Below, one piece after another: positions 47,708 to 55,147 of a stretch of DNA of 64,000 bases. The notes below the pieces were generated by a model. It did no database searches. It was not told the origin of the DNA and was given only the letters and a program-made list of their open reading frames with translations. This DNA comes from a bacterium (GTDB lineage: Bacteria > Pseudomonadota > Alphaproteobacteria > Rickettsiales > RI-342), in the NCBI GenBank assembly GCA_016124905.1, contig WGMV01000011.1, forward strand, positions 82,673-146,672. The letters are read 5' to 3'. Positions within the stretch are counted from its first letter, which is position 1. Each line of letters begins with the position of its first letter. The translations under genes were made by a program, and so were the position numbers.

Positions 47708-48832
47708 TCATGGCAATACAGGATACCAGCCTAGCGTAGCGTTATTGATATAAGAACAGACAGTTTTAAACGGCTTATCACCCGATAAAGGGAAAAGTTC
47801 ACGAATTGCTCCTCTGTTTTTCTTTCTTTCCAGGTAATACTGCCCTTCAGCGGTTAGGATATCAAGATGATCGCCGCAATTTGCACTGCTTAATAAATTA
47901 GCTAGTTGTTTTTGAAAATCATTGGCAGGAATGGCTTCTCGGTTCTCTTTATCAAGCAAATTAATAGTGTTAATACTACAGCCACACCCCGCTCCAGAAT
48001 CTGCAGAACCTTTCGCAACCCTGATACCTCCGCCAATATCTAGATCAACCGCCCGATTTAGGTCGGCATTGTAAGTGCCACCGCGAATTGATTGTGATCC
48101 GATAGGAAGAGAGTTTGGGCTACCATTGCGTTGGCGTTCAGGAAAAACACTGGTAAGTTTCATATCGTTTAATCTTTTGCATGCGGTCGAGTTGGCTACA
48201 GCATATCTTGAGTAATATTTCTCAGGATAAACACCATAAGATTCACATACGCTAATTGCGGTTCCACCGGGATGCGCTTCATAAAGCTCCGTCACAGTGT
48301 TTCGAAACCTTAACCTTGCCTTCTCATGGGCAGACATTCCTTTCCAGGCAGGAAAATCATCCTCAATATCTAACTGACGTTTTGTCAGAAAATAAATCTT
48401 GCTTCCTCGTTGAACGATAGAAATGCCGCTTCCAAAGGTGCAGCCATTATAGCTGCAATTAAATGAATAGGGCTTCGCGGGTTTATCACCCTCTTTATAG
48501 ACCACATCATAACCATGGCATGTTCCCCTTCCATCATCAGGAACCACTTCGATAGTAGCGACTCTCTTATCAGGCGTTTGCACTTCAATTTTTTGTTTTT
48601 GATTTTCTGCAAAAAATAATTCTAGCTCTGGGTCATGAGCAATCCGATTACACAAATTTTTCGGATCTTTTTTTGCTTTCTCCAATTCCGTTTGTTCTTT
48701 TGCCTCTTTATCTTCTGAGGCATTAATGATTGCCATCATGTTTTTTATGCGATCTTGCTCGGCCTCAACCGGCTTAGAACTGGCCATAACCACGCAGCTC
48801 AAAATGGCAAACAACCAACAACTTCTTTTCAT
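47708..48832 (-). CDS. orphan secreted Cys-rich protein, AT-rich gene (no family recognised)
   Basis: 374 aa from MKRSCWLFAILSCVVMASSKPVEA (signal peptide). The mature part has at least 12 Cys. The whole gene is visibly AT-rich (about 40% GC by eye) against flanks of about 60%. Confidence 0.6.
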   Translation of the reverse strand: MKRSCWLFAILSCVVMASSKPVEAEQDRIKNMMAIINASEDKEAKEQTELEKAKKDPKNLCNRIAHDPELELFFAENQKQKIEVQTPDKRVATIEVVPDDGRGTCHGYDVVYKEGDKPAKPYSFNCSYNGCTFGSGISIVQRGSKIYFLTKRQLDIEDDFPAWKGMSAHEKARLRFRNTVTELYEAHPGGTAISVCESYGVYPEKYYSRYAVANSTACKRLNDMKLTSVFPERQRNGSPNSLPIGSQSIRGGTYNADLNRAVDLDIGGGIRVAKGSADSGAGCGCSINTINLLDKENREAIPANDFQKQLANLLSSANCGDHLDILTAEGQYYLERKKNRGAIRELFPLSGDKPFKTVCSYINNATLGWYPVLP

Positions 48833-48938
48833 ATGCCACCTATCTGTTTGGAAACAATTTAACGCCAAACCTAAACAAGCGGTAGCAAAACTTGACTGGG
48901 AATTAGGTAATACACCTAATCACGCGCAGCGTGTCTTC

Positions 48939-50828
48939 TCACTCATGGTCGGGCTCCTTCAGGTCCGCGTCGATACCCTTAGCCTGCGTCATGCGCAAGG
49001 CATTGGCGATGGCCATCGCATCGATCAGCTCCTGCAGCAGCGCCCCCATTACCGGGGTGATTACCCCCGCCGCGGCAAACAGCATGGCCACCACACTGAG
49101 CGCCATGCCGCCAATCGCGCTTTGCAGCACGATGCGCCGCATGGCGGCGGAAAGATGCAGCAGTTCATCCACCTTCACCAGCGAGTTCTCCATGATCACC
49201 GCCCCCGCCGCCCCCGCCGTAACGGAACTATGCTGCCCAAAAGCGATGCCCACCGTGGCGGAGGCCAGCGCGGGCGCGTCATTAATGCCATCCCCCATAA
49301 AGAGCGTCGGCGCCTTGCCCGCCTCCTCACGCACAATCGCCACCTTCTGCTCCGGGCTTTGGGATGCGCGCATTTCTCGGATGCCCAATTGCTCCGCCAG
49401 GTATTTCACCTCGGATTCCCTGTCGCCCGAAACCAGCATCACCTTGCTGAACTGGTGCGAAGGCGCAAGATGGTGGATGAAGGATTTTCCGTTCGCCCTC
49501 GGTGCATCGCGAAACCGCAGCGTCGCCGCATATTTCCCATCTTTAAGAATGATGCATTCCAACCCTGCGGCATTGGGGGGCAGGATAGCCTCCAGCGCCG
49601 GTTGCTGTTGCAGCAATTTCCTCCGATGCGTCACGCGGATCTCGTGCCCGTTAACCCTGCCACTCAACCCCTGCCCCGGCTTTTCGGAAACCTCAACGGC
49701 CTCCATCACCGCCAGCCCCTTGGCCTCCGCCGCCTGCAGGATGGCGCTGGCAAGCGGATGTTTGGAATAATGCTCAAGACTCGCCGCCAGTTGCAGGATG
49801 TCCTGTTCATTCTCCCCAGCGGCCACGATCACTTCCGTCAGCTTCGGCCGCCCATAGGTCAGGGTGCCGGTTTTGTCGAAAATGGCGGTGCGGCAGGTGG
49901 GCAGCCGTTCCAGCACCGTGGGGTCGCGGATGACGATGCCCCGCCTGGCCGCCATGGAAATGGCGCTGATAAGCGTGATGGGAATGGCGATCAGCAGCGG
50001 GCAAGGCGTGGCCACCACCAGCACGGCGAGAAAGCGCGTTACATCCCCCGTCAGCCAATAGGCGCCGATGGCCAGCATCAGCGCCAGCGGGGCGAACACC
50101 GCGCCGATCATGTCCCCCAGCCGCCGCATGGTGGGGCGCTTCTGCTCGGCCTCGCCCATCACCTGCATGATCTGGGCATAGCGGGAATCCTCCGCCAGCT
50201 TTTCCGCGCGGATCACCAGCACCGCCTCGCCGTTGATGGCGCCGGAAAGCACCTCCGCCCCCGGCGCCTTGGACATGCGATACGGCTCCCCCGTCAGGTA
50301 GGATTCATCCATGGAGCCGTTACCTTCCAGCACCACGCCGTCCACGGTTGCGGTTTCATGCGGAAACACCACCACCTCATCCCCGATGCCGATGGCACGC
50401 AGCGGCACATCCTCCATACTGCCGTCGGCCAGCCTGCGGTGGGCGATGCTGGGCATACGCTCCGCCAGCGCATGCAGCACGGAGGACGCCTTGCGCATGG
50501 CATAGCCCTCCAGCGCCTGCCCGCCGCAAAGCATGAGGACAATCAGCACCGCCGCCAGATATTCCCCGAGCCATGCGGCCGTCACCAGCGCCAGCGCGGC
50601 CAGCAGGTCCGCCCCCCAGTCGCCCCGCAGCAATTTGCGGATGATCTGCGCAACCAGCGGCACGCCGCCCACCACCATGGCCAGCAGCAGCGGCCATGAG
50701 TTTTCCCACCCGGCCCAGCGCAGCAGAAAATGCAGCGCAATAGCCAGCAGCGAAAGCGCCATCAGCCACCATTCCCAACGAACGGCAACCCCTCTGGCGC
50801 AAGCAGCAAACGAACGGAACCTTTCCAT
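48939..50828 (-). CDS. heavy-metal P1B-type ATPase with TPCP membrane motif (P1B-5-like), no N-terminal metal-binding domain
   Basis: 629 aa. Shows DKTGTLT, GDGINDAPAL and TM motif VVATPCPLLIAIP (TPCP rather than CPC/SPC). The last TM carries LLQELID. The protein begins directly with TM helices. Confidence 0.88.
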   Translation of the reverse strand: MERFRSFAACARGVAVRWEWWLMALSLLAIALHFLLRWAGWENSWPLLLAMVVGGVPLVAQIIRKLLRGDWGADLLAALALVTAAWLGEYLAAVLIVLMLCGGQALEGYAMRKASSVLHALAERMPSIAHRRLADGSMEDVPLRAIGIGDEVVVFPHETATVDGVVLEGNGSMDESYLTGEPYRMSKAPGAEVLSGAINGEAVLVIRAEKLAEDSRYAQIMQVMGEAEQKRPTMRRLGDMIGAVFAPLALMLAIGAYWLTGDVTRFLAVLVVATPCPLLIAIPITLISAISMAARRGIVIRDPTVLERLPTCRTAIFDKTGTLTYGRPKLTEVIVAAGENEQDILQLAASLEHYSKHPLASAILQAAEAKGLAVMEAVEVSEKPGQGLSGRVNGHEIRVTHRRKLLQQQPALEAILPPNAAGLECIILKDGKYAATLRFRDAPRANGKSFIHHLAPSHQFSKVMLVSGDRESEVKYLAEQLGIREMRASQSPEQKVAIVREEAGKAPTLFMGDGINDAPALASATVGIAFGQHSSVTAGAAGAVIMENSLVKVDELLHLSAAMRRIVLQSAIGGMALSVVAMLFAAAGVITPVMGALLQELIDAMAIANALRMTQAKGIDADLKEPDHE

Positions 50829-50887
50829 CCGCCCAGCTTACACCGCTTTGCGAAAAATGAACGCCTAAAACCTGTGCCTAAAACCTG

Positions 50888-51622
50888 TTAGGCCTTCATC
50901 AGCATCCAAAGCCCCATGCCGATCATCATGAGGTTTTCGGTGAGCGACACAAAACCCAGTGGCACCTTGCTGCCGCCGCCCACGCAGGCGCATTTCAGCT
51001 CCCGCTTGTCGATATAAACGGCCTTGAACACCGACACCGCCCCCACCGCCCCGATGAACAGCGCCACGGGCACGGAAAGCCACGTCAGCGCGTGGGCCAC
51101 CATCAGCACCCCGGCCAGCCCTTCCAGATAGGGGTAGAGATAGGCATAGGGCACCCATTTTCTTCCCAGCAGGTCATAGCCCAGAAACATGGTGGAGAAT
51201 GTCTCGACATCCTGAAGCTTCAGCATCGCCAGCATGCACATGCTGAAGGCGATGAACCACTCCACCGCGCGGGGTGTGAGGAAGGTTCCGAACATCGCAT
51301 GGCTCACCGCCAGCGCCAGCAGCGCCGCCATGGCAAACACGGCCACCACCGGGCGGTAACGGGTGGCATCGGCATCCGGCAGGGGTTTGCCGAAATACCG
51401 CCGCACATCCGTATACCCGCCGATGCGCTCCCCGTCGATGAAGGTCTGCGGCGTGGTTTCCACCCCATGCGTCTGCTTGAAGGCATCCGTCTCCTCTCGT
51501 GTGGTGAGCCAGCGGTCCTCCACCTCGTAGCCTTCCTTTTTCAGCCAGTATTTGGATTTGATGCCATAGGGGCAGATGTGTTTTTCCATCACCATGCGGT
51601 AAAGCGTCGCCAGCTTGCTCAT
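50888..51622 (-). CDS. glutaredoxin-like domain fused to a MauE/DoxX-like membrane domain
   Basis: 244 aa from MSKLATLYRMVMEKHICPYGIKSKYWL...TFIDGERIGGYTDV (Grx fold with a CPYG site), then 4-5 hydrophobic helices. An AGGAGG RBS sits 5 nt upstream. The longer ORF-track N-terminus is not protein-like. Confidence 0.7.
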   Translation of the reverse strand: MSKLATLYRMVMEKHICPYGIKSKYWLKKEGYEVEDRWLTTREETDAFKQTHGVETTPQTFIDGERIGGYTDVRRYFGKPLPDADATRYRPVVAVFAMAALLALAVSHAMFGTFLTPRAVEWFIAFSMCMLAMLKLQDVETFSTMFLGYDLLGRKWVPYAYLYPYLEGLAGVLMVAHALTWLSVPVALFIGAVGAVSVFKAVYIDKRELKCACVGGGSKVPLGFVSLTENLMMIGMGLWMLMKA

Positions 51623-51705
51623 CGTCACCTCCTGCGCTGCAAAAACAGGAGCATACCCGTTCTTATGTAAGGATGCCGTTCGGGATAACCCACCTACCAG
51701 CCGGG

Positions 51706-51960
51706 CTAGGCACCGTTCTTTTCCCGGTGCGGGCACCCCGGCCAGCAGCAGGGCCGCCGCTTGCCGTCGGCGAGGTTCTCGCGCGCCCATTCCACTCGTT
51801 TGTTTCGGGTCTCCGCCTTTTTGGCGGATGTCACCCAGCAGATCCATTCGTTGCGCGCCAGCGGCGTAATATCTTTCCATGTGCTCAGCGCGGCTGGGTC
51901 GCCCATCAGCTTATCGCGCAAATCATCTGGCATGGAATGAACGGTACCGGCTGCAATCAT
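51706..51960 (-). CDS. YdeI/OmpD-associated family small protein
   Basis: 84 aa. Shows PDDLRDKLMGDPAALSTWKDITPLARNEWICWVTSAKKAETRNKRV. Confidence 0.6.
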   Translation of the reverse strand: MIAAGTVHSMPDDLRDKLMGDPAALSTWKDITPLARNEWICWVTSAKKAETRNKRVEWARENLADGKRRPCCWPGCPHREKNGA

Positions 51961-52104
51961 GCAAAACCTCTGGTTTCCTGAATCCTAACATCATCACCCT
52001 AGCTGCGAAAGCCTGCTTTATTAGAACCGCTCTAACCATCAATTTATGATTTTTGCCCTGTCGGAACATCGTTAAAAAACCCGCTCCCTGCCCATAGTGG
52101 GCGG

Positions 52105-52776
52105 ATGGAACACACCCAACACATCTCGCCCGATTCGATTAAGCACATGGTCGCCCTGCCGGATTTCCCCTGCATGATGGCCAAGACCGTGTTCAGCCAC
52201 AACCATGCCCACCGCATTGCCTGCGCGGATATGGCGGACCTCTCCACCCCTGCCATTGCCGATACCCTGCAACGCATCTACACCGCGCTGGAAGCGATCA
52301 AGGGCGAAACGCGCGGCTACCACAGCATCATCCTGGAATTCGCCACGCCCGCCATCCGTTGCGAGCATCAGTTCGAGACGCTGCTATGGGCCTACCTCCA
52401 GGCCTTGCACGATATGGACAGCAAAACCTACCAATGGGATTCCACCGTGGAATCCGACCCCCACTCCGCGGGTTACAGCTTCAGCCTGCATGAGGAAGCT
52501 TTCTACATCATCGGCATGCACCCCCTGGCCAGCCGCAAGGCCCGGCGGACGGACAAGCCGACCCTCGTCTTCAACCTGCACTCGCAGTTCGAAAAGCTCC
52601 GCCAGATGGGCACCTACACCAAAGTGCGCGATAAAATCCGCGCGCGTGACGTCGCCTATTCCGGCAGCACCAACCCCATGCTGGAGGATTTCGGCGCCTC
52701 CTCCGAAGCCGCGCAATATAGCGGCCGCCATTTCGACAAGGAAACCTGGACATGCCCCTTCAAGCCCAACCGCTAG
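52105..52776 (+). CDS. YqcI/YcgG family protein (family of the heme-dependent N-hydroxylase GntA)
   Basis: 223 aa. Shows FPCMMAKTVF, FETLLWAYLQALHDMD, FSLHEEAFYIIGMHPLASRKARR and LVFNLHSQFEKLRQMGTY..VRDKIRARD. Confidence 0.8.
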   Translation: MEHTQHISPDSIKHMVALPDFPCMMAKTVFSHNHAHRIACADMADLSTPAIADTLQRIYTALEAIKGETRGYHSIILEFATPAIRCEHQFETLLWAYLQALHDMDSKTYQWDSTVESDPHSAGYSFSLHEEAFYIIGMHPLASRKARRTDKPTLVFNLHSQFEKLRQMGTYTKVRDKIRARDVAYSGSTNPMLEDFGASSEAAQYSGRHFDKETWTCPFKPNR

Positions 52777-53381
52777 AATCCCCCGCCCTCACCATCATCC
52801 CCCCGCGCAGCGGCGCATCGCTCACGCTGAAAAAGGGCGAATACCTCACTATCACGGATATCGAGGGCGAACAGGTGGCCGATCTGCTCTGCTACAATGC
52901 CGACGACACGGGGGAATACCTCTCCTCCGGCCGCACGCTGGATTATGCCGAGACGCTCTTCCTCACCACCGGCCACCCTCTTTATTCCAACCGCAGCAAC
53001 ATCATGTTCACCATCGTGCGGGACGATGTGGGCCGGCATGATTTCCTGCTCACCCCCTGCAGCAGGGACACGTTCCGCATCATCTACGGCCACGAGCACC
53101 CGCACCGGGGCTGCCACGGCAACCTGTGCCAGGCCCTCGCCCCTTATGGCATCGAAAGCGACGACATTCCCGTCACCTTCAACGTCTTCATGCATGTGGA
53201 TGTGAACGGCGAGACCGGCCGCATCAAGGTGCTGCCCCCCAAAAGCAAAGCAGGCGACAGCCTCACCCTCCGCGCGGAGATGGACCTGATCGTCGGCCTC
53301 ACCGCCTGCTCCGCCGAACAATCCAACAATGGCCGCTTCAAACCCATCGGCTACACCACATCCAAGGCCGCCCCGTTCTAA
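52752..53381 (+). CDS. DUF1989 / urea-carboxylase-associated family protein
   Basis: 209 aa. Shows IPPRSGASLTLKKGEYLTITDIEGEQVADLLCY, HDFLLTPCS, NVFMHVDVN and LRAEMDLIVGLTACS. It overlaps the previous gene by 25 nt. Confidence 0.8.
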   Translation: MPLQAQPLESPALTIIPPRSGASLTLKKGEYLTITDIEGEQVADLLCYNADDTGEYLSSGRTLDYAETLFLTTGHPLYSNRSNIMFTIVRDDVGRHDFLLTPCSRDTFRIIYGHEHPHRGCHGNLCQALAPYGIESDDIPVTFNVFMHVDVNGETGRIKVLPPKSKAGDSLTLRAEMDLIVGLTACSAEQSNNGRFKPIGYTTSKAAPF

Positions 53382-53417
53382 CACCACCGTCATTCCCGTA
53401 AAGGACGCCACCATCCC

Positions 53418-53445
53418 CGTCATTCCGGCGAAGGCCGGAATCCAG
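53418..53445. repeat. palindromic repeat element copy A (cgtcATTCCGGC-gaag-GCCGGAATccag), with a degenerate half-copy at 53388-53404
   Basis: Read directly from the sequence. It translates to the 'IPAKAGIQ / FAGMT' pseudo-peptides seen in the ORF track. Confidence 0.85.
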
Positions 53446-53484
53446 CCCCTCTGTTGGATATAACTTGCATCCATCGCTGCTATC

Positions 53485-53503
53485 GTTTATACATTGTATA
53501 AAC
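53485..53503. promoter_or_regulatory. perfect 19-bp palindrome GTTTATACA-T-TGTATAAAC just upstream of mazE (likely MazE/MazEF operator)
   Basis: The palindrome ends 11 nt before the mazE ATG region and is followed by a GAGG RBS. Confidence 0.5.
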
Positions 53504-53514
53504 ACGAGGTCATC

Positions 53515-53760
53515 ATGCAAGCCGAACTCAACAAATGGGGCAATAGCCTGGCCATTCGCATCCCCAGCCAGATGGCGAAGGAATTGGGCATCTCGCAGGG
53601 AAGCCTTGCGGATATTACGCTGGATAACGGTCGTATTGTCGTCACTCCGGCAAAACGCAAACCCAGCCTGAAGCATTTGCTTGCCTCCATGAAAACCACC
53701 GGCAAGGAACAGGAAATCCCAGCTGGGGGTGAAATGGGTAACGAGGCGGCTGAATGGTAA
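53515..53760 (+). CDS. mazE: AbrB/MazE/SpoVT-family antitoxin
   Basis: 81 aa. Shows MQAELNKWGNSLAIRIPSQMAKELGISQGSLADITLDNGRIVVTP. It overlaps mazF by 7 nt. Confidence 0.85.
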   Translation: MQAELNKWGNSLAIRIPSQMAKELGISQGSLADITLDNGRIVVTPAKRKPSLKHLLASMKTTGKEQEIPAGGEMGNEAAEW

Positions 53761-54098
53761 AGCAGCCCCATTGCCCCGATAAGGGCGATTTGATCTGGAT
53801 CGATTTCGATCCCCAATCGGGCAAAGAAATCATGAAGCGCAGGCCCGCTCTGGTGCTGACACCCAAAGCTTATAACCGCATCTCCGGCCTTTGCCTTCTC
53901 TGCCCCATCACCTCACAACTCAAGGGGCATGATTTTGAAATCCCGGTTGCCATCGATAAAAAAAGGGGGGGCATCAAATCCGACCAGATAAAATCCTTCG
54001 ACTGGCACATCCGCAAAGCGGATTTCATCGCCAAAGCCCCCCGAAAAACCCTGCAAGCCGTACTGGATAACGTGCAGGCCCTGTTGTTCGAGGCATAA
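53754..54098 (+). CDS. mazF: MazF/PemK-family endoribonuclease toxin
   Basis: 114 aa. Shows PDKGDLIWIDFDPQSGKEIMKRRPALVLTPKAYN...LCLLCPITSQLKG. Confidence 0.9.
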   Translation: MVKQPHCPDKGDLIWIDFDPQSGKEIMKRRPALVLTPKAYNRISGLCLLCPITSQLKGHDFEIPVAIDKKRGGIKSDQIKSFDWHIRKADFIAKAPRKTLQAVLDNVQALLFEA

Positions 54099-54123
54099 TC
54101 CCTCTACATCACCCACCCCTCTG

Positions 54124-54151
54124 CCATTGCCGCGAAAGCTGGAATCCAGCC
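54124..54151. repeat. palindromic repeat element copy B1 (degenerate: ccATTGCCGC-gaaa-GCTGGAATccagcc)
   Basis: Read directly from the sequence. It lies 26 nt after the mazF stop. Confidence 0.7.
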
Positions 54152-54164
54152 CTCCCCTCCCCGC

Positions 54165-54228
54165 CATTCCGGCACAGGCCGGAATCCAGTCTCTTCGCAA
54201 AGCCACACCCCGGCAAAGCTGGGGTGAC
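54165..54228. repeat. palindromic repeat element copy B2 with extended tail (cATTCCGGC-acag-GCCGGAATccagtctcttcgcaaagccacacc..agctggggtgac)
   Basis: Both the core and the roughly 40-nt tail are alignable with copy C at 54741-54808. Confidence 0.8.
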
Positions 54229-54488
54229 CACTCCCCCACCCACGCGCACCCATCCTGCCCGATTGCAAAAGCCCCGCATTCTGCTACCCTGCCCCTGCGT
54301 CTAGAAAACGCAAGTATAACCGTCCACCGCTCACGACAGGGCGGGTTTTTTGTGCCCGCAGCTTAGGCTGCGCCCGGCGCAAAATCTCCTATGTCGGGAG
54401 TGTGGTGCGATACAATACCCGCAAGGGGAAACCATCACACACGCGTTATACCGTGTTTTCTAGACTCCCGACACTTGAGGAGGAAAAC

Positions 54489-54716
54489 ATGCACTACACC
54501 ACCCACCTGCTGCGCCACATGCGAGCCACCATCGGCCAAAACATCCGCCACCACCGCACCCAACAAAAAATGCCCCTCCACAAACTCTCCCGTCTAACCG
54601 GTATCCCGGAGCGGCTGCTGGACCATTATGAGCTGGGGAAGAATGAGATTAGGCTGGATGAGATGCTCAAGATTGCTTGCGTCCTACAAATAGAAACCCA
54701 AGGGCTCATGATATAG
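54489..54716 (+). CDS. XRE-family helix-turn-helix transcriptional regulator
   Basis: 75 aa from an ATG preceded by GAGGAGG. Shows IGQNIRHHRTQQKMPLHKLSRLTGIPERLLDHYELGKNEIRLDEMLKIACVLQ. Confidence 0.75.
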   Translation: MHYTTHLLRHMRATIGQNIRHHRTQQKMPLHKLSRLTGIPERLLDHYELGKNEIRLDEMLKIACVLQIETQGLMI

Positions 54717-54740
54717 CCCTCGCCCCAGCCACACCCCCGC

Positions 54741-54808
54741 CGTCATTCCAGCGAAGGCTGGAATCCAGTCCTTTCACAATAACTACACCTCAGCTTAGCT
54801 GGGGTGAC
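54741..54808. repeat. palindromic repeat element copy C (core cgtcATTCCAGC-gaag-GCTGGAATccag 54741-54768, plus tail)
   Basis: The core is the exact reverse complement of copy D. The tail (tcctttcacaataactacacctcagcttagctggggtgac) parallels the tail of copy B2. Confidence 0.85.
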
Positions 54809-54884
54809 AACAGAAACTAGCCTCTATTGCTGCCCAAAACCCAATTCAGGAAGCAAGAAAACCAGAGGCTCATAAGCTAAGAAA

Positions 54885-54912
54885 CTGGATTCCAGCCTTC
54901 GCTGGAATGACG
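54885..54912. repeat. palindromic repeat element copy D, inverted orientation (ctggATTCCAGC-cttc-GCTGGAATgacg)
   Basis: A perfect 28-nt reverse complement of 54741-54768. Copies C and D bracket 116 bp in MITE-like fashion. Confidence 0.85.
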
Positions 54913-55147
54913 ACTAGAAAAGTTAGCCGTCTCTGGCCATTTATGAACATACAGACCAGCTTACAAGTCCACCGGCACTTTCACTTAGCTCAGGCGCTTG
55001 GAGGCTTACTTGTTCTCGTTGCTGGATACGCTTACCTTTCTGATAAAAAGCATATTCAAGAGCAGATTCGCACGTTAACGGAGCGTCTTGGCAAATTAGA
55101 AAAGTAGGGCTTCACCATGGCTAATGTTTATAACTGTACTGACAGCC

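Noticed and set aside
48902-48920. Inverted repeat ATTAGGT-aatac-ACCTAAT between the ATPase gene and the AT-rich orphan, which superficially resembles the ArsR operators (ATTAG...CTAAT).
   Set aside because: The half-site spacing differs (ATTAG-N9-CTAAT versus N6) and the flanking bases do not match. It is probably a coincidental AT-rich dyad or a weak terminator stem.
51961-52104. A guanidine (ykkC-type) or other riboswitch upstream of the YqcI/DUF1989 pair.
   Set aside because: I could not find the conserved ACGR loops or ykkC core sequences by eye. A covariance-model scan would be needed to be sure.
53338-54366. ORFs 53338-53676(-), 53487-53816(-), 53913-54239(-) and 54127-54366(+), which encode peptides such as IPAFAGMT / IPAQAGIQ / LDSSFRGNG.
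   Set aside because: They are read through the palindromic repeat elements or lie antisense to mazEF. Their 'conserved' peptides are simply translations of the repeat.
54907-55107. A 66-aa ORF with one hydrophobic helix downstream of the XRE gene, considered as a possible toxin/partner gene.
   Set aside because: Its ATG lies inside repeat copy D and there is no RBS. The internal ATG at 54943 has no RBS either, and no family was recognised. The evidence is too weak to call, though an XRE-associated small membrane toxin cannot be excluded.
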